From the human T2T-CHM13v2.0 reference genome, Homo sapiens: 64,000 nt of DNA. Both the position numbers and the translations under genes were made by a program. Below, in pieces: positions 12,780 to 28,059 of the stretch (position 1 is its first letter; every line of letters begins with the position of its first letter). The stretch lies in the NCBI RefSeq assembly GCF_009914755.1, contig NC_060938.1; one strand, given 5' to 3'. The notes beneath the pieces are model-generated. The model ran no database searches, had not been told where the DNA came from, and saw nothing but the letters and a program-made list of their open reading frames with translations.

Positions 12780-13480
12780 AATAATGATACAAAATGGAAT
12801 GCTACACAGCAATGAGAATGAATGAACTATAACTACACACAATAATATTGAGAATCTCATAGACAAAATGTTCAGTAAAACAAACCAAACGCAAAAGTGT
12901 ATGCACTGTTGGTTTCATTTACATCAAATTCAAAAACAGGCAAAGCTAATCTAGGCAGAAGTCAGAATAACGGTTTCCCTTGAAAGGGGGCACGAGAAAA
13001 TTTCTGTGACTCTGGGAATATTCTATTTCTTGATCTGTATGTTACATAAGTTTTGTACTTTAGGAGAATTCACCAAACTGTTCATTTATTATTTGTGTAC
13101 TTTTTATATGTGCTATAATTTAATTTTTTAAATAAAAAATGATAATTGGAAATTTTAACACTAGCTATGTAATTGATGGTATTAAGAGAAAGTCAAATTT
13201 TAGGTGTTATATGTTAAAGTGGTTTTGTAAAAATATAACTGTAAAAGAAACCATATATTTTACAGATAATTACTAAAGTACATATCGATAAAATTGTATT
13301 AAACATGGAATTTGCCTCAAAATAACATGGGAACAGGAAAAGTAGGAGAAGGACTAAAGGAAGTAAAACTGACCATGGGTTCTTATTTGTTGAAGCTTAC
13401 TTTTGTGTGCATGGATTATTTTTTATACATTTCCATATGCTTTGGTGCATGCCTACAGTTTGTATAATAAAACATTAAAA
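12780..13480 (+). mobile_element. L1ME-type 3' end fragments
   Basis: atggaatgctacacagcaatgagaatgaatgaacta; ttcaaaaacaggcaaagctaatcta; tattctatttcttgatctg. Confidence 0.65.
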
Positions 13481-16400
13481 CAAAAACCTCCTATGATCGT
13501 GACCAATACAATGTTTTGTTAGAGTATGGAAAGAAGTATGTTAGGACCTAGGTGTGCACTTTGCTCACAGAACGTGATCAACGAATATATGTGGAATGAA
13601 ATGATACATTGATATTAAACTAGAGAAAATTAGAATTAAAAATTACATGTAAACTATCTTCCTAAATCTCATTCCCTAGTCAAGTCTAGCCATTAAAAAT
13701 CAGACTTTGTAAGATGCCATTATAGTCTTAGTTTTGTTTTAATATGATATACCAGTGAATTAAACATAAAATTTGTTTCACTGAAAGGCAGCTTATTCTT
13801 GGGTAGTCACATATTTTTAACACAATTTTTAATCATTCTTATAATTTTAATACAATTTATTGTCACCTTTTAACACAATCATAATCCTTAGTAGAGAAAG
13901 TCACATGACTTATACTTTCTAGTCTTGCCTTCCACAAGTATTATTTTCACCATCAAAGAACTTTGATAAGAAAAGAGGACTGTTTACCATTTCCTTTATG
14001 ATGTCATGTTAAAAATAGTATTTCGAAGGTAAACACTGCACTTACCTCTCTACAAAATGTTTTAACGAAGGTCCATATTTTATGTCAACTGTTTTCTATC
14101 TCTCAAAAAATATTTCATGTCATTAACAGCAATCATTAGCAATCATGTTACAATAGGGTAACATTCAGTTAGATGTGGAGTTTATCAAGAAATCTTAAAG
14201 AAAAAAAGTATCTTTAATAAAGTGGAATGTGATTTCCTAAAAGTAAGTGAGGCTTATGTTCCTAAATCTGAGAGTTGTGCTTTATCACAAAAAAATGTCA
14301 GCCAGGATTTTACAGATTTGATTTGGAAAAATTTGATTTGGAAAGATTTGATTTGGATGCCTAATTGCGATGGGTCAGCGTAGACATTGCTGGTTTGACT
14401 GATGGTTCTATTTCATGCAAAACTCATATAATGACCATGATCACCCCCCTACAGATAGCATTATTTTGCAGGGCTCATTTAGATTTTTGTCTTATTTTGT
14501 CAAAAAAAGTGTCACTTTGGAAATTTGCCTTTTTTTGTTTCTTGACAAGAATAGAAAGATTATAGACTCATCAGCACCTAATTTCTTCCAAGTTCAATTT
14601 TAATTCCTCTGTATTACCATTATTTGTAGTGATAGATATGGTCATTTCATTCATTGCCTCTGGAAGCATCAAACAGAGACATTTGAATCAGACTTTGTTT
14701 TCCAGCATCAGGTTCATAGAAACTGCTTTAAGGTTTCTGAAATTCTTGGCTTTTGTATTAACAAGATTGATAGATCAGCCAACCATGAGAGTACTATCCA
14801 AAAACTGTGCATATATAATTCTAAAAAGAGAATATACTTTAAGCCTCCTGATCATGACAGTTAATTATTTTATTTCCTGGTATTTAGATAAGATTATCTA
14901 CTTTTTAGATAAGATTATATAGAATATATATATTAGCTGCTGGTCCACCTACCTAGGCAACATCTCTTAGAAGGTTAGTAAGACTTAGCTGTCAGGTACC
15001 AAAAAGAAAGCAGGAAAGCAAGAAGCAAGCAAACAAGGAAACAAGAAAGAAAGAACAGCTTCATGTGTCATATGGAATCTCTCCTTAAGACATGTGAGAG
15101 TAAAAACTTGGAACTCTTAAAATAGGTTCTACCATGACCTACCAGTACACTTTTGCCTGGAATACTTCTAGATCTTTAGGTTCTCCCATTGTGATTCTTA
15201 TCAGTCCAAGATGTTCCTGATTTTCCATCATATCTCCAATCTGTTTCATGTGCATAACTCACTATCAGACTTGTGGATTCCTCTTTTAACTGAGTTATCT
15301 GTTTTTGTTTAAGGACTTCATTTTAGCTTTGAGTATGCCCTACCTAAGCTTTGCTAACTGACTTCACGCTCCCTGTTGTATGGCCTCTATTCCACTGGTA
15401 CGCTCTCTCCTGTAGGTCTCTCACCAAACCCACATTGTCCATTGCGTGTGATACATATGCATCCAATGCACTCCTAGGCATTGTATATGATTTTAATCCA
15501 TATACAACTACAGTGTTCTTTGTCTTGGTTAGCACCGATATTTCAGAGCAATGGCTGTACAGGAAGGGCAGCATAGATTATAAAAAGTATTTACCTAAAT
15601 CTTCTAGCTAATATTCAAATGTTTGGTGGAGTGATATATTTGTATCTTGATGTGCATGTGATAATGTTGTTTATTAAAATATTTTTCACCTTATAATTGA
15701 TAACATTAGTAATTTATAGAATCTTTACTTACCTCTCCTTGTATTACTTAAGCTGTACCTTTTATGGCTTGACACAAAATTATTCCAAGGCACCTCTACA
15801 TAGAATTAGGATATTTTGAGAAAAGAGAATGTGTTCTTTTTACATCTAGCTTTGTTCATTAATTTAACAAATAGGTAATGTGTCCTTATGATGGGCCAGA
15901 CACTGTGCTAGATACTAGAAATCTCTGTACTTAAAAATGCAGCCTTCAGGAATTCTGTATTCAACAAAACAACAATTTTTGAGTTCCTTATTAACATCTC
16001 ACTATGATATCAGATTCGTTAGCCATAAAGGGCTCTCTATGAAAGCTTGGGATTGAAAATAATGTCAATAATAAAAGTTGAATTTATAAAAATTTTCTAT
16101 GCCTACTTGAATGTAGACTCCTGAAAATTTTCTTTACAAACAGTGGTGAAACATTATACTCAAAATTTTAAAAACTCTTTGTACCCTTCTTTTACTCTTT
16201 CAACATTCTTAAATCATTCGTAAATATTAAAAAGGAAAATACAATTATTCAGACTGCTGATTGTATAGACACAGTAGACTATGTTGTCCTCTGAGCCTTC
16301 TAGCTTACAAGAACAGATTCAAAGCACAAATGCTGCAACAACAAATATAAATAAGAAAGTCACAACTTTCTGTTGTTTTCCTTCATAAAAGAAATACACA

Positions 16401-17604
16401 CTAAGTGTGTAAAACTTTTAAAATGCAGAAAAGCATGGAGAATAAAATTGCATTTCATTTATTCCCATAATAATTTTTAACCTTATGCCTACCATATGCT
16501 ATTATTTTTGCCCAAGTTGTTGGACTTGAAGAAGTGAATAAGACAAATAAGGTCCCTGTTTTCATCAAAATTATTTTGCATGTGGCTGGGAGATGAGTAA
16601 GAAACACGTAAACTATTAAGTCAGATTTGATGACTACTATGAATAAAATTTTAGAAGGATAAATAGTAGCGATACTATTGCTAAGTTGCATGGCTTTAAA
16701 CATCTGAGACTGGTTTCAGAGGTGCTGAGGTTTCTATCTGACTGTTTGGTCCACTCCTCTATATGGGAACTGTTAGCACAAGTGATAAACCCACTTATTC
16801 TGAATACACAACCATTGTTTGGTTATGATCTCTCTAACAAGGTTCACACATCAAAGCAAAACTCATTTCAAAGCCTTTTTGAATTAAATTAAATATTTGA
16901 GGCACTACAAAAAATGCACTCTAAAAATAATCTATGCTTACTGACTTCCTTTCATCAAATGCCATGTTCTGACAAAAAGGTAATCAAGGTTATTCTTGCA
17001 TGACTTCTCCTTTTAATATTCATGCCATCTTATTGGTTATGGCTCTGCCAGACTCTGGCTGCTTCTCTTCTATCATTTTGTATTCTATTAGTTGAAACAG
17101 AATTTTATACGGGTAAACATTAACACTGATATATAAGATAAGCCAGGCTTTAGAATAAGGATACCATTAAATAATTTAATGAGTATATATTTTACACAAG
17201 ACATTGCATTAGGTTACAAAGCAAAAAATGATGGAAAATAATCATAAGTTCATTTTAATATGGTTGCAAACAGATGTTAAGCTATGTTCTAATAAATAAT
17301 ATTGTTTTGTTTGCATAATCAAAACCTAAGGCCTTTGTTTCAGCTGTTGGATAATTTCCCTTACCTCAGTGTCATTTTGTTAATGACCAGGGACTATCAC
17401 ATAAACTCCAACACTCTATAAAGGCTTACTATGAGTCAGAATCAAAGAACCTTTCAGATGATATTTCCAGTTGCTGATGGAAAACAAAACCAATGGAAAA
17501 GATGTGACAGGATATTAATTACCTTTATATGTAATAAGCATTTTGTAAAACCATTGTTTTTCATTATACGTTTTAGGAATTCAAAAGGACCATCACTATG
17601 AATA

Positions 17605-18148
17605 CGGTAGACCTCACTTATCTGTGGGAAGTATTTTCCAAAACCCCTAGTGGATGCCTGAAACCATGGATGGTGATGAACCCCATATATACCGTGTTTT
17701 TTTCCTATACCTTCCTATGATAAAGTTTAATTTATAAATTAGGCACAGCAACTTATATTTTGCAAATATTTGGCTTCTCTTTGGTATATCTGAATTGGCA
17801 GCATCACTATTCTTGTGCTTTGAGGCCATCAGTAAGTAAAATAAGGATGGCTTGAACACAAGCACTGCCATACCATGACAGTCAATCTGACAACCTAGAT
17901 AGCTATTAAGTGACTCACACGTGGGGGATATCTACAGCATGCATGCACCAGACAGAGAGATGATTCATGCCACAGGTGGGACAAAGTAGGATGGTGCAAG
18001 ATTATATCACGCTACTCAGAATGGCTTGGAATTCAAAACTTATGACTTGTTTATTTCTGGAATTTTCCATTGAATATTTCAGATTGCAGTTGATCATGGG
18101 TAACTGCAACTACTGAAAGTCAAACTACAGATATGGAGCAAACTACTG
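17605..18148 (-). mobile_element. MER44-family (TcMar-Tigger) DNA transposon MITE
   Basis: TA dinucleotides flank both ends (17603-4, 18149-50). Degenerate TIRs cggtagacctcacttatctgtgg / ctacagatatggagcaaactactg, with internal gtggatgcctgaaacc and tttatttctggaattttccatt. Confidence 0.85.
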
Positions 18149-19929
18149 TACTATTGTAAAAAAGCGTCTTTGATACTATTAAAAAACTGTACATCAGAGA
18201 TGGGGACACAATTCAGGGCTACGAAGCACAGGAGTTAAAGCCAGAAAATATTTGTCATTCTGAATAGTAGATGTATCATACTAAATCCACACATATAAAT
18301 ATTTATATTATATATTAATGTGTATGAAATAAATATTTATAGATATATATGTGTGTGTATTTACATATATAAAGCTGTTTATTTCTGCCTTATTTTTATT
18401 ATGTTCATTATTTTATCGGAAAGTTTGTATCACACTTTTAAGTGAACAGATCTAAAAATCTGGTCAAGATCATGGTCATAGTTCCAAGCCAGCCATACAA
18501 TGCTAACCTTATAAAACTTCTACTCTGTTTAGTGTATTTTTGTCATACAGAAACTGAATCTTAATTCCAGAAGATAGCTATGTCTTTAGTTTAAAATTTG
18601 TAGCTATAGACAAATAGCAAGTACTACAATAGTTCAATTATATTTCTATTGAACTGTCTCCAATTTGCCATTCATTGTTTAGACAGTTTGAGAAATTCAG
18701 TAATATCTAGTTGAATTTTCATATTTTGAAATGAAGTAAAAATATATCAGGAATGTCAACACAGCCTATCAGGAATGTCAACATAGTAATACCCTGAAGG
18801 TTTCGAGTTGTACATGATTCTGGGTTAAATATTTGCATGTTGGCCCTCTAAATTATTGCCAAAAACTGCTTAAAGATATTTAGATTAAACCTATGATAGG
18901 CTGAAAATTAAAAGGTATACCATGTTCTTGGTCTGAGGCAAATAATTAAAGGCTTTACCTTTACAAATGTGTCAGCATGGAACTTGTCATAGCCATAAAT
19001 TAAAGGTGACATACGATATGGACTTTGCATGCAAAATACCCTTCTGCCAATTAATACCTTACCTGTTAAGTGTTAGTAAATGCTAATTTTAAATGATTTT
19101 AGGGTCTTGTACGTTTGTATTGATAAATGTGTCAAAGGGATGCAAGTTCTTGATAAGTGTACCAACTTCACTGCACTAGAAACAAAAGCTAGTAAAGAAA
19201 GCTTATAAAGCAGTGAGATAAAATATCAACTTTGCCTCAGTAACCCATCAGGAATGGGTCTCTTGTTTGAATATGAGTTATCTAAAGGTTTGTGATCCAT
19301 GCCACAGCCTTTACTCTTATTTACTTAATTTGATATGTTTGCTGTGTTGTCAATTTTTGAAATTAAAAAAGAGGATCAATATGTGGGAAGAAAACAAACA
19401 AATATTTCTCCCTGGTTGCTGCTTTGTTGTTGCATCTGTTCTTTTTCTTTATTTTTTTGCTTATACAATAAAGGGGAATTATTAATTTTTTCTGCACTCC
19501 ACTGACATTTCTGGGAAGTTATCTGTAGATGATGATGCATAAAAATATTTATCATAACATGATAGATAGCATTATTTTAAATATGTACCCAAAACTAGTG
19601 GAAAGTTTATCTTTATCTTAATAATCAGAGCTTTTTTGTTATGACTATATCAATTATTAATTATGTAAAACTATTTTATAATTTGATTTTTACCCATAGA
19701 CATTTTATGACATTCTATTAAATATGACGTATTTGGTTTAAATTAAAAAACCCAAACAATGAGTTTAATTGCTGAATATTTAAAATGTAAAACTAAATTA
19801 GAATTGGGCCATCAGGATGTATATTGCTTTTCTACGTCACTACCTGAAACGCTACACATATTTTACAATATTTTTAGCACAAAAATCTTTACTTGAATAT
19901 GATCCATTCTCCATTTGCTTCCCTTTCCA

Positions 19930-20470
19930 AATTAAAGCCAAAGTGATGATTTATAAACTCAGAAATGATCATGCCACTCCCCTATTTAAAATCACTTAAT
20001 GGCTTTGAAAGTTGTTAGCATACAGGTCAAAAGTTTTGCCTTATAGATGAAGGTCCTCCAGTATCTCCCTACTTTCATGCTGTTTTACTCCACCCCTTTG
20101 TATTCCAGCTACATTGGCCTTTCAGTTGAATTTGCCACAGTCTTTTCTCACTCAGGAAACCAGTGGCACCGTTCCGTCTGTCTAGACCCTCCCATTCACT
20201 AGTCCCAATGGCATCCTCTAGCGAATCATATCTCACCCCTTCTTCTGATTTTAGACAGTTCCTGAAGAAGCTCTCGCACATTCTGCTGTCTACACATACC
20301 CTCAATTAAATCCCTCTGACATATGCTCTTGTGATTTTCTCTTGGCCCATAATACAATTATTTTAATTAAATATTTATTTGTATTTTTACTTCCACTTCC
20401 ACCTCCAGTATCTATTATAGTGTTATACACAGTCAGTATTAAATAAATGTGTTGGCAAATGTGTTGATTA
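19930..20470 (+). mobile_element. L2 3' fragment
   Basis: tgatcatgccactcccctatttaaaatcacttaatggct...acacagtcagtattaaataaatgtgttg. Confidence 0.55.
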
Positions 20471-21602
20471 TTTAAATAAGTGGATTGAAATTGTTCAAAG
20501 TAATATCCTATAATCTCTGTTAAAGTTGAAAAAGTTTTTATAAATAGTTGTCTTTTTCTAAACTATTTTATTTTTACTCATCTAACTTGCTTTTATAAAG
20601 ATTCTTTTTGCCATTGAAAATTGCATTTGATATGTTTAATCAAGATTAGCTAAAGTGCTTTCATTCAGAGGAGAAGCAGTCATAGATTTTTATGTAAAAG
20701 ATACAAAAAGAAATGACTAGCCCTCCATCCTATGCCGCCTTGATTTCTACATGTCGTCAATTAAATATTTTCAGTTAATGCATGTTATGGGTATGAGTAT
20801 TTGTGTTCTAGACTGATAATTCTCAAGTTGAAATACGTGTTGCCTTAGGAATCCCTCTTCACCACTCAGCCTAAGGTTAACTTTGCTTATTGATGAAAAT
20901 CATTATTACTATGGTAGTAATATCACTTTCACCCTTGCTGCCACAGCTGCTGCCTATTCTATTGCCTTAAAGTTTTCAAAGCATAGCAAATGGTAGCTAC
21001 CCAGAAAATTGACTGAACTATTTAGGACAGTAAGCGTTTAATTGAGGTTTTGTTCTTCACTGAAATACATCAATTAAAGCAACATTTTAAAAAAGATAAT
21101 TTCTAAAAAAAAAAAAAAAATTCAGACAGCTGTCAAGGAAATTTTATGCCAAAATATATTCTCAGTGATTTTTCCATTTGCAGGTATCACCATTCTACTT
21201 TCTTCCAAAAGAAAGGAGACTTGAATCTATTTCGATTCTGTAAAAATGGTCATTTTCTCTATGATACAATGACAATTATTTCTTACAATTGATGAATATA
21301 ATTTAGATGACAATGCTTTAATAAGGTTTCTATCCCTTGATACCATCCATTTTTGCTAATGTCCTTAGCCCATGAGATTTTTAGAGTTTTCACCAAGCTC
21401 TCATCTGTCAGTGATACATGATGAGATTTGTATGTGAAAATTCTATTAATATTAATGAGATTAGCTCTCATAAATCTGATGTTATTGCTGATAGAGTAGA
21501 TTCTGGAAACAGTAAAATTCTTTACATTAATTAGAGAGCAAATTAGGTTACTTTGTCAAGTACATAAATACATAAAATAAGTAGTGAAGTAATTTAATAT
21601 GA

Positions 21603-22033
<431 letters not shown>

Positions 22034-23464
22034 TAGCTCACTTTTCAATAGAGAATCAGTATGGCCTGCCTGGATGTTGTGCAGAGGACTGATTATTGCT
22101 GAAGAGTCTATCTGCAGGTTACTGCAAATAGATACAGATGCTATTGCAACTGGCATCTCCTGCTCAATCCTACTCAACTTTGGAGATAATTTTCCTGAGA
22201 TAATCCCTTGAATTGTAGGCACACTCTTCCTGAGAAAATTTGCTCTTGCTGCTTCCAGGTGTCATGGGGCTACTATAAGCCTAGCAGTCATAGGTACAAC
22301 AATTTCCCTGCTGTTTTTTCTTCATATGAAATCTTCCTTGGCTACTTGGCATCATCAATTCTGAGTTTCACATCTACGTGTATTCTTGTTTAATGTTGAT
22401 TTTTTCTTTCTGCACAATTCAGATGATTTTCTCTGGGAAGATAATATGTATCTGACCAACAGCTATAATGATGGTCATTTATTTATCATTGCTTATTTAC
22501 TATTTTTCCACAAACATTTATTGAGCATCTATTATTTATCAGCAAATGTCAGAGATGTAAAAATAAAGAAATTTCTCTCTGCCCTAAAGGAATTACAGAC
22601 TAGCAAGGAAAATAGACTGTCTATATACATAGTCTATATATGATTATGTACATATGTACAACATATTGTAGATTATTATGTACAACACATTGTAGAAACA
22701 CAGAAAAGAGTAATTACCTGAACTTTTGATGCAGAGAACATAAACGATCTGAAGAAAGTGGCAATAGCTGAAAAATGAATCCTTATGTATTCCTGTGTTC
22801 TTATTAACTGGTTCTTAGGGGAAGTAAAGATTTTAAAATTCAGCTATGGTAATTAAAGTGGATAAGAAATTAAAAGTTGGTATTGTTCTTTTAACTATAT
22901 AATGCAACATTTTAATCATTAACTTTTAATGGATAAGAGAAATTGGACAGATGAAACACAGCAAAGTCGTAGAAAATTACTGGGTCTGCTTAAGAAAATA
23001 TTAAAGACTAGAGGATGGATCTGGTGAGTTAGGTAGAGATCGTACTCGTTTACAGTCCTCTAAATGGCCTTTAAATGTTCAGGATTATCTCCACTCCAAA
23101 TCCCCAACTGTCTCTCACCCTGCCTTTCTGTTAGTCTTTTGATAAATGCGTCTCCAAACTTGATGTCTCTAAAACCTTCACCTCACTCCCTACAACAAAA
23201 CTCAAGCAACTTGCAAGGCCTATCATGTCATCAGATTGCAATCTTGCCAATGCTTTCAGACTTCATCACCCCCTAATTCCAGCTCACCCTTTGCACTTCA
23301 TCCAAGCTGAATCACTCAGTTCTCTGAACCAGCCATTCTTTTTCATGCTGACATTTGTGCAATGACAGCTGCTTTCCCCAACTCAGTTCCTTGTTTTGCT
23401 TGTTTGTGAATGCACATTCTGCCCATTTTACCTTCTAAAGCAGGGCCAAAGCCCAGTATGTGAT

Positions 23465-23841
23465 GTGTTAGTTTCCTTTTGCCGATGTAACAAATTACAA
23501 CAAACTTAGTGGCTTAAAATAACAAAAATTATCTTACACTTCTAGAAGTTACAACTCTGAAATGGGTCTTGGGCTAAGTCAAGGTCTTGGCCAAACAGCA
23601 TTCCATCTGAAAGCTCTAGGAGATAATCATTTCCTTGACTTTTCCATTTTCTGAGAGCCAACTGCATTCCCTGGGTCACTGTTCATTCTTCCATCTTCAA
23701 ATTGTACTCACCAAGACAATCTAAATTAATCATCACACCTCTGGATCTGTAACTTAATCACATCTGCACAGACCTATTTTTCCATGTAAGGTAACATATT
23801 TACAAGTTTCTGTGGGAAGGAACATTATTTTACATACCACA
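23465..23841 (-). mobile_element. MaLR LTR (MLT1C/D-like)
   Basis: tgtgttagtttcc...gtaacaaattacaacaaacttagtggcttaaaataac...taatcacatctgca...taccaca. Confidence 0.75.
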
Positions 23842-23908
23842 GTCAGCTTCTCTGTAAAGATTTATATCATCACTGTCCCCTCAATGAGAGTTAAATTTTC
23901 CCATTTCA

Positions 23909-24288
23909 TGTATATTAGCTTGTGCTGCCATAACAAAATACCATAGATTGGGAGACTGAAACAACATAAATTAATATTCTTACAGTTCTGGAGGCTAGAA
24001 GTCTGAGATCAGGGTTCCTGTGTAGTCAAGTTCTGGTGAGGGACCTGTTACAGGTTTGCAGACAGCCACCTTTTTGCTGTGTTCTCACATGGTGGAGAGT
24101 GAGCTCTGGTATCTCTTTCTCTTCCTATTAGGGCAAGTTCTGTTGAGTTCTATTGAGTCAGGGCTCAACTCTTTTGACCTCATTTAACCTTACTCATCAC
24201 CTTAAAGACCCTATCTCCAACACAGTCAAATGGAGCATGACAGCTTCAACACACGAAATTTAGGGAGACACAATTCAATCTATAAGCA
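23909..24288 (-). mobile_element. MaLR LTR (MLT1A0-like)
   Basis: gctgccataacaaaataccatagattggg...acagttctggaggctagaagtctgagatcaggg...gacacaattcaatctataagca. Confidence 0.8.
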
Positions 24289-24396
24289 CTGTTTCCCCAT
24301 AATCATGTACATATGAATCTTCCCTGTACCATCAGGAGCTGCTTTCACCTCTCCCTTAATTAGATTCCTAGATTATTAAAAATAAAGTACACACCT

Positions 24397-24724
<328 letters not shown>

Positions 24725-25646
24725 CACACCTTTTCAATTCTGTAAGTCTAGTGCCTCAAAAATAACAAATGTTTGTTTAACCAAAAATTTCTGGTTGGAT
24801 GTACAAAAATCATCTCAGCTATCCTGTAAGAAGAGAAAGTTAACTGCATGTGAAATTAATTGTAACTGAAGAAATTGCCAATATAGACCATAGAGCAGGC
24901 CATGGTCTACAAGAGACATGGTAGTTGAAAGACCTCCAGTAATCTACGTATTTCATTAAAATATACTTATGCCCACTGGCCTCAAACATCTCTGCTATTT
25001 CTAAAAATCTCTTCAATTTGTCAGAATAACCAATGACAAAATAATGGAGAACTCTGCCATAAAAGAGCAAGAGAAAAAGTCACATAGTCCAAAATGAATA
25101 ACCTTTTAATTTACCTTACAAATTACAGTAATTCCATTTATCAGAAATCATTTGGAATTATAAATCTTCACATCTTGACCTCAATTATGCTTTCCCCTCT
25201 AAGTGCATTTAGAACTTTAGGATGTATGATGGATTCAACATCAAATATATTTCAGTGCCTTAATAAACAATAAAGTAATGAGCACTTTCAAGAATACATT
25301 AATGTGTTTTTTACTTGATTTTACTAACCAATGTATAAACAGAAATAAATTTATAGTACTAAATTGCTGTTAGTAATAATTACTTCTTATGTATATCTGC
25401 TAGTAACCAGAAAGTGTTTTATATCTCTTATTAACTTCTTTTAATGGACTAAATTTAAATCAGAATTAGAATTAGAAATAAGATTTTCTTTTCTTTTTTT
25501 GTCCTATTCAGAAATAGAACTAGAAATAGTCATATAATTGGCTAGATTTTACATGAGAGATTTATAGAATAATACCATAGTCTTCTTTATTTGGGGTGTT
25601 TGAGAAAGTCACAAATTTTATTCTCTCAAGTCATTATCTACTATCA

Positions 25647-26082
<436 letters not shown>

Positions 26083-27185
26083 CATTATAATATTTTATAC
26101 AAGTTTAAATTTATGTTAATATGAACATTGACACAACACATTATAGTGGCAGTCATAAGTACATTTGGGAAGTTGCATGTACAAAACATACATTGCTTGT
26201 CTTAGTAATGAGTGTTAAGTATTACTGTCTCATATAAGCTATAATTTAATAAATGTTTAAGTTGCCAAAATATTTTAATAAGAGATTTTGTTTGTATTAT
26301 GGAACAGAAATTCACTCAAAGAAGGACAAAAAGTGTAATTGAACAGCATTTCATACAACAAACAATAGGAAGACATTTGTCTAAGGTTTGTGGAAACTGT
26401 AGAACAGAATCCTATTTGACTTAGCTATCTGCACCTCTTAAAATTAGAATTTTTGAAAGAATGTTGTTGACTCTGGGCAGGCTAGATATGGGTTCACTCT
26501 CTGGCTAGTCATTTGGAGTAAGGGCCATAGGCTGCAAATAAGGCTGCTTAAGCCCAAACCTGCAGTAGAGACCAGGGGTAGGTTGGGGAATCCCAGGGGG
26601 CAGGTCAGTAGGAAGGAGATATTGATACAAGTATGATGTAGAGAACACTGGCCAGAAACCTACAATTCAGTGGAGATAACCGTAAATCCCCACTATTTCA
26701 TCAGTTCTAAAGAATGTACTTGTGGGTGTTTATTGATCACATTATCTAAATGTGGCTTTTCCAGATGATAGTACAGTTTATAGATGGGGATACTATGGCT
26801 TAGGGAATGTGTTAGTTACAGAACTTAAAAAATGGCTTCTAAAAGGTGAGTCGAATAATAGATGACACCATCACCCCTGTTAAGCAGGGTGTATTCAGTA
26901 CTTGTCAAGGGTCTGAAGCTCAGGTTCTAGTGACGATTTGACTCGTCCCCAGTTTCCCATTTCCCCATTCCAAAATGTCTAAAATTACATGATTTCTGAT
27001 CTAACTTTAAGTTGTGGCAGAAAACTTGACTTTCATTCTTCTTCAAGATGAATTATAATCAGATGATTGTTTCAGGCCACTGAAAACAAGCAGCAAGAAT
27101 GCCTTTTAACAAAATTATAAGATAGTTCTGCTCTTCCCTATTTTCCTCCAGGTGGTTCAACTGAATTTGAAGTTGTCTTTTTCTT

Positions 27186-27489
<304 letters not shown>

Positions 27490-28059
27490 TGAAGTTGTCT
27501 TTTTCTTATAGCACATTAACAAAGGTCTTTCGAAATAGGGAAAAAAAAATTCAGCATTCTAGCATTTTATAGCCATAACTTGGGTAACAGACCCTCATTG
27601 GACATGTGGTCTGGGCCAATAAAATGCTGGAGATATGTTAACTGCTTCACTGTTGCATAGGAGGGCCTTGATAACTCCTGCCCTGAAATGCAATTATTCT
27701 CAATTTTCCCTACACTACCTAGGCTCAGAGTTCCACATTTCTGTTTTCAACAATTGCAACGTCATGGTGGTGCTTATGTATTTCCTTGTGTATGAAGACC
27801 TGTAGTCTTAGAGAAACCCAACCTGTACCAAATTAAACGGAAAGAGAACCCCTATAGAAATTCATCTACAAAACCTCTGACAAATTTTCTGCTTTCTGAT
27901 AAAACATTCAAACCCATCAGGAAACTTATTTTATTTCTATACTCCATCCTAACCTGCTGCCTCTTTTACCTTGGAATTATCCCTCTGTTGCCCTAATCCA
28001 GTATGATTTTATTGTTCCTGGGCTTTCTGTATAGCTGTTATATTGAAATTTTTCTTCCT

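Noticed and set aside
14314-14357. CRISPR-like short repeats (also 18745-18783)
   Set aside because: Tandem copies without unique spacers, no cas genes, mammalian context.
21105-21120. Isolated A16 tract as the tail of a retrocopy
   Set aside because: No recognisable upstream element and no TSD.
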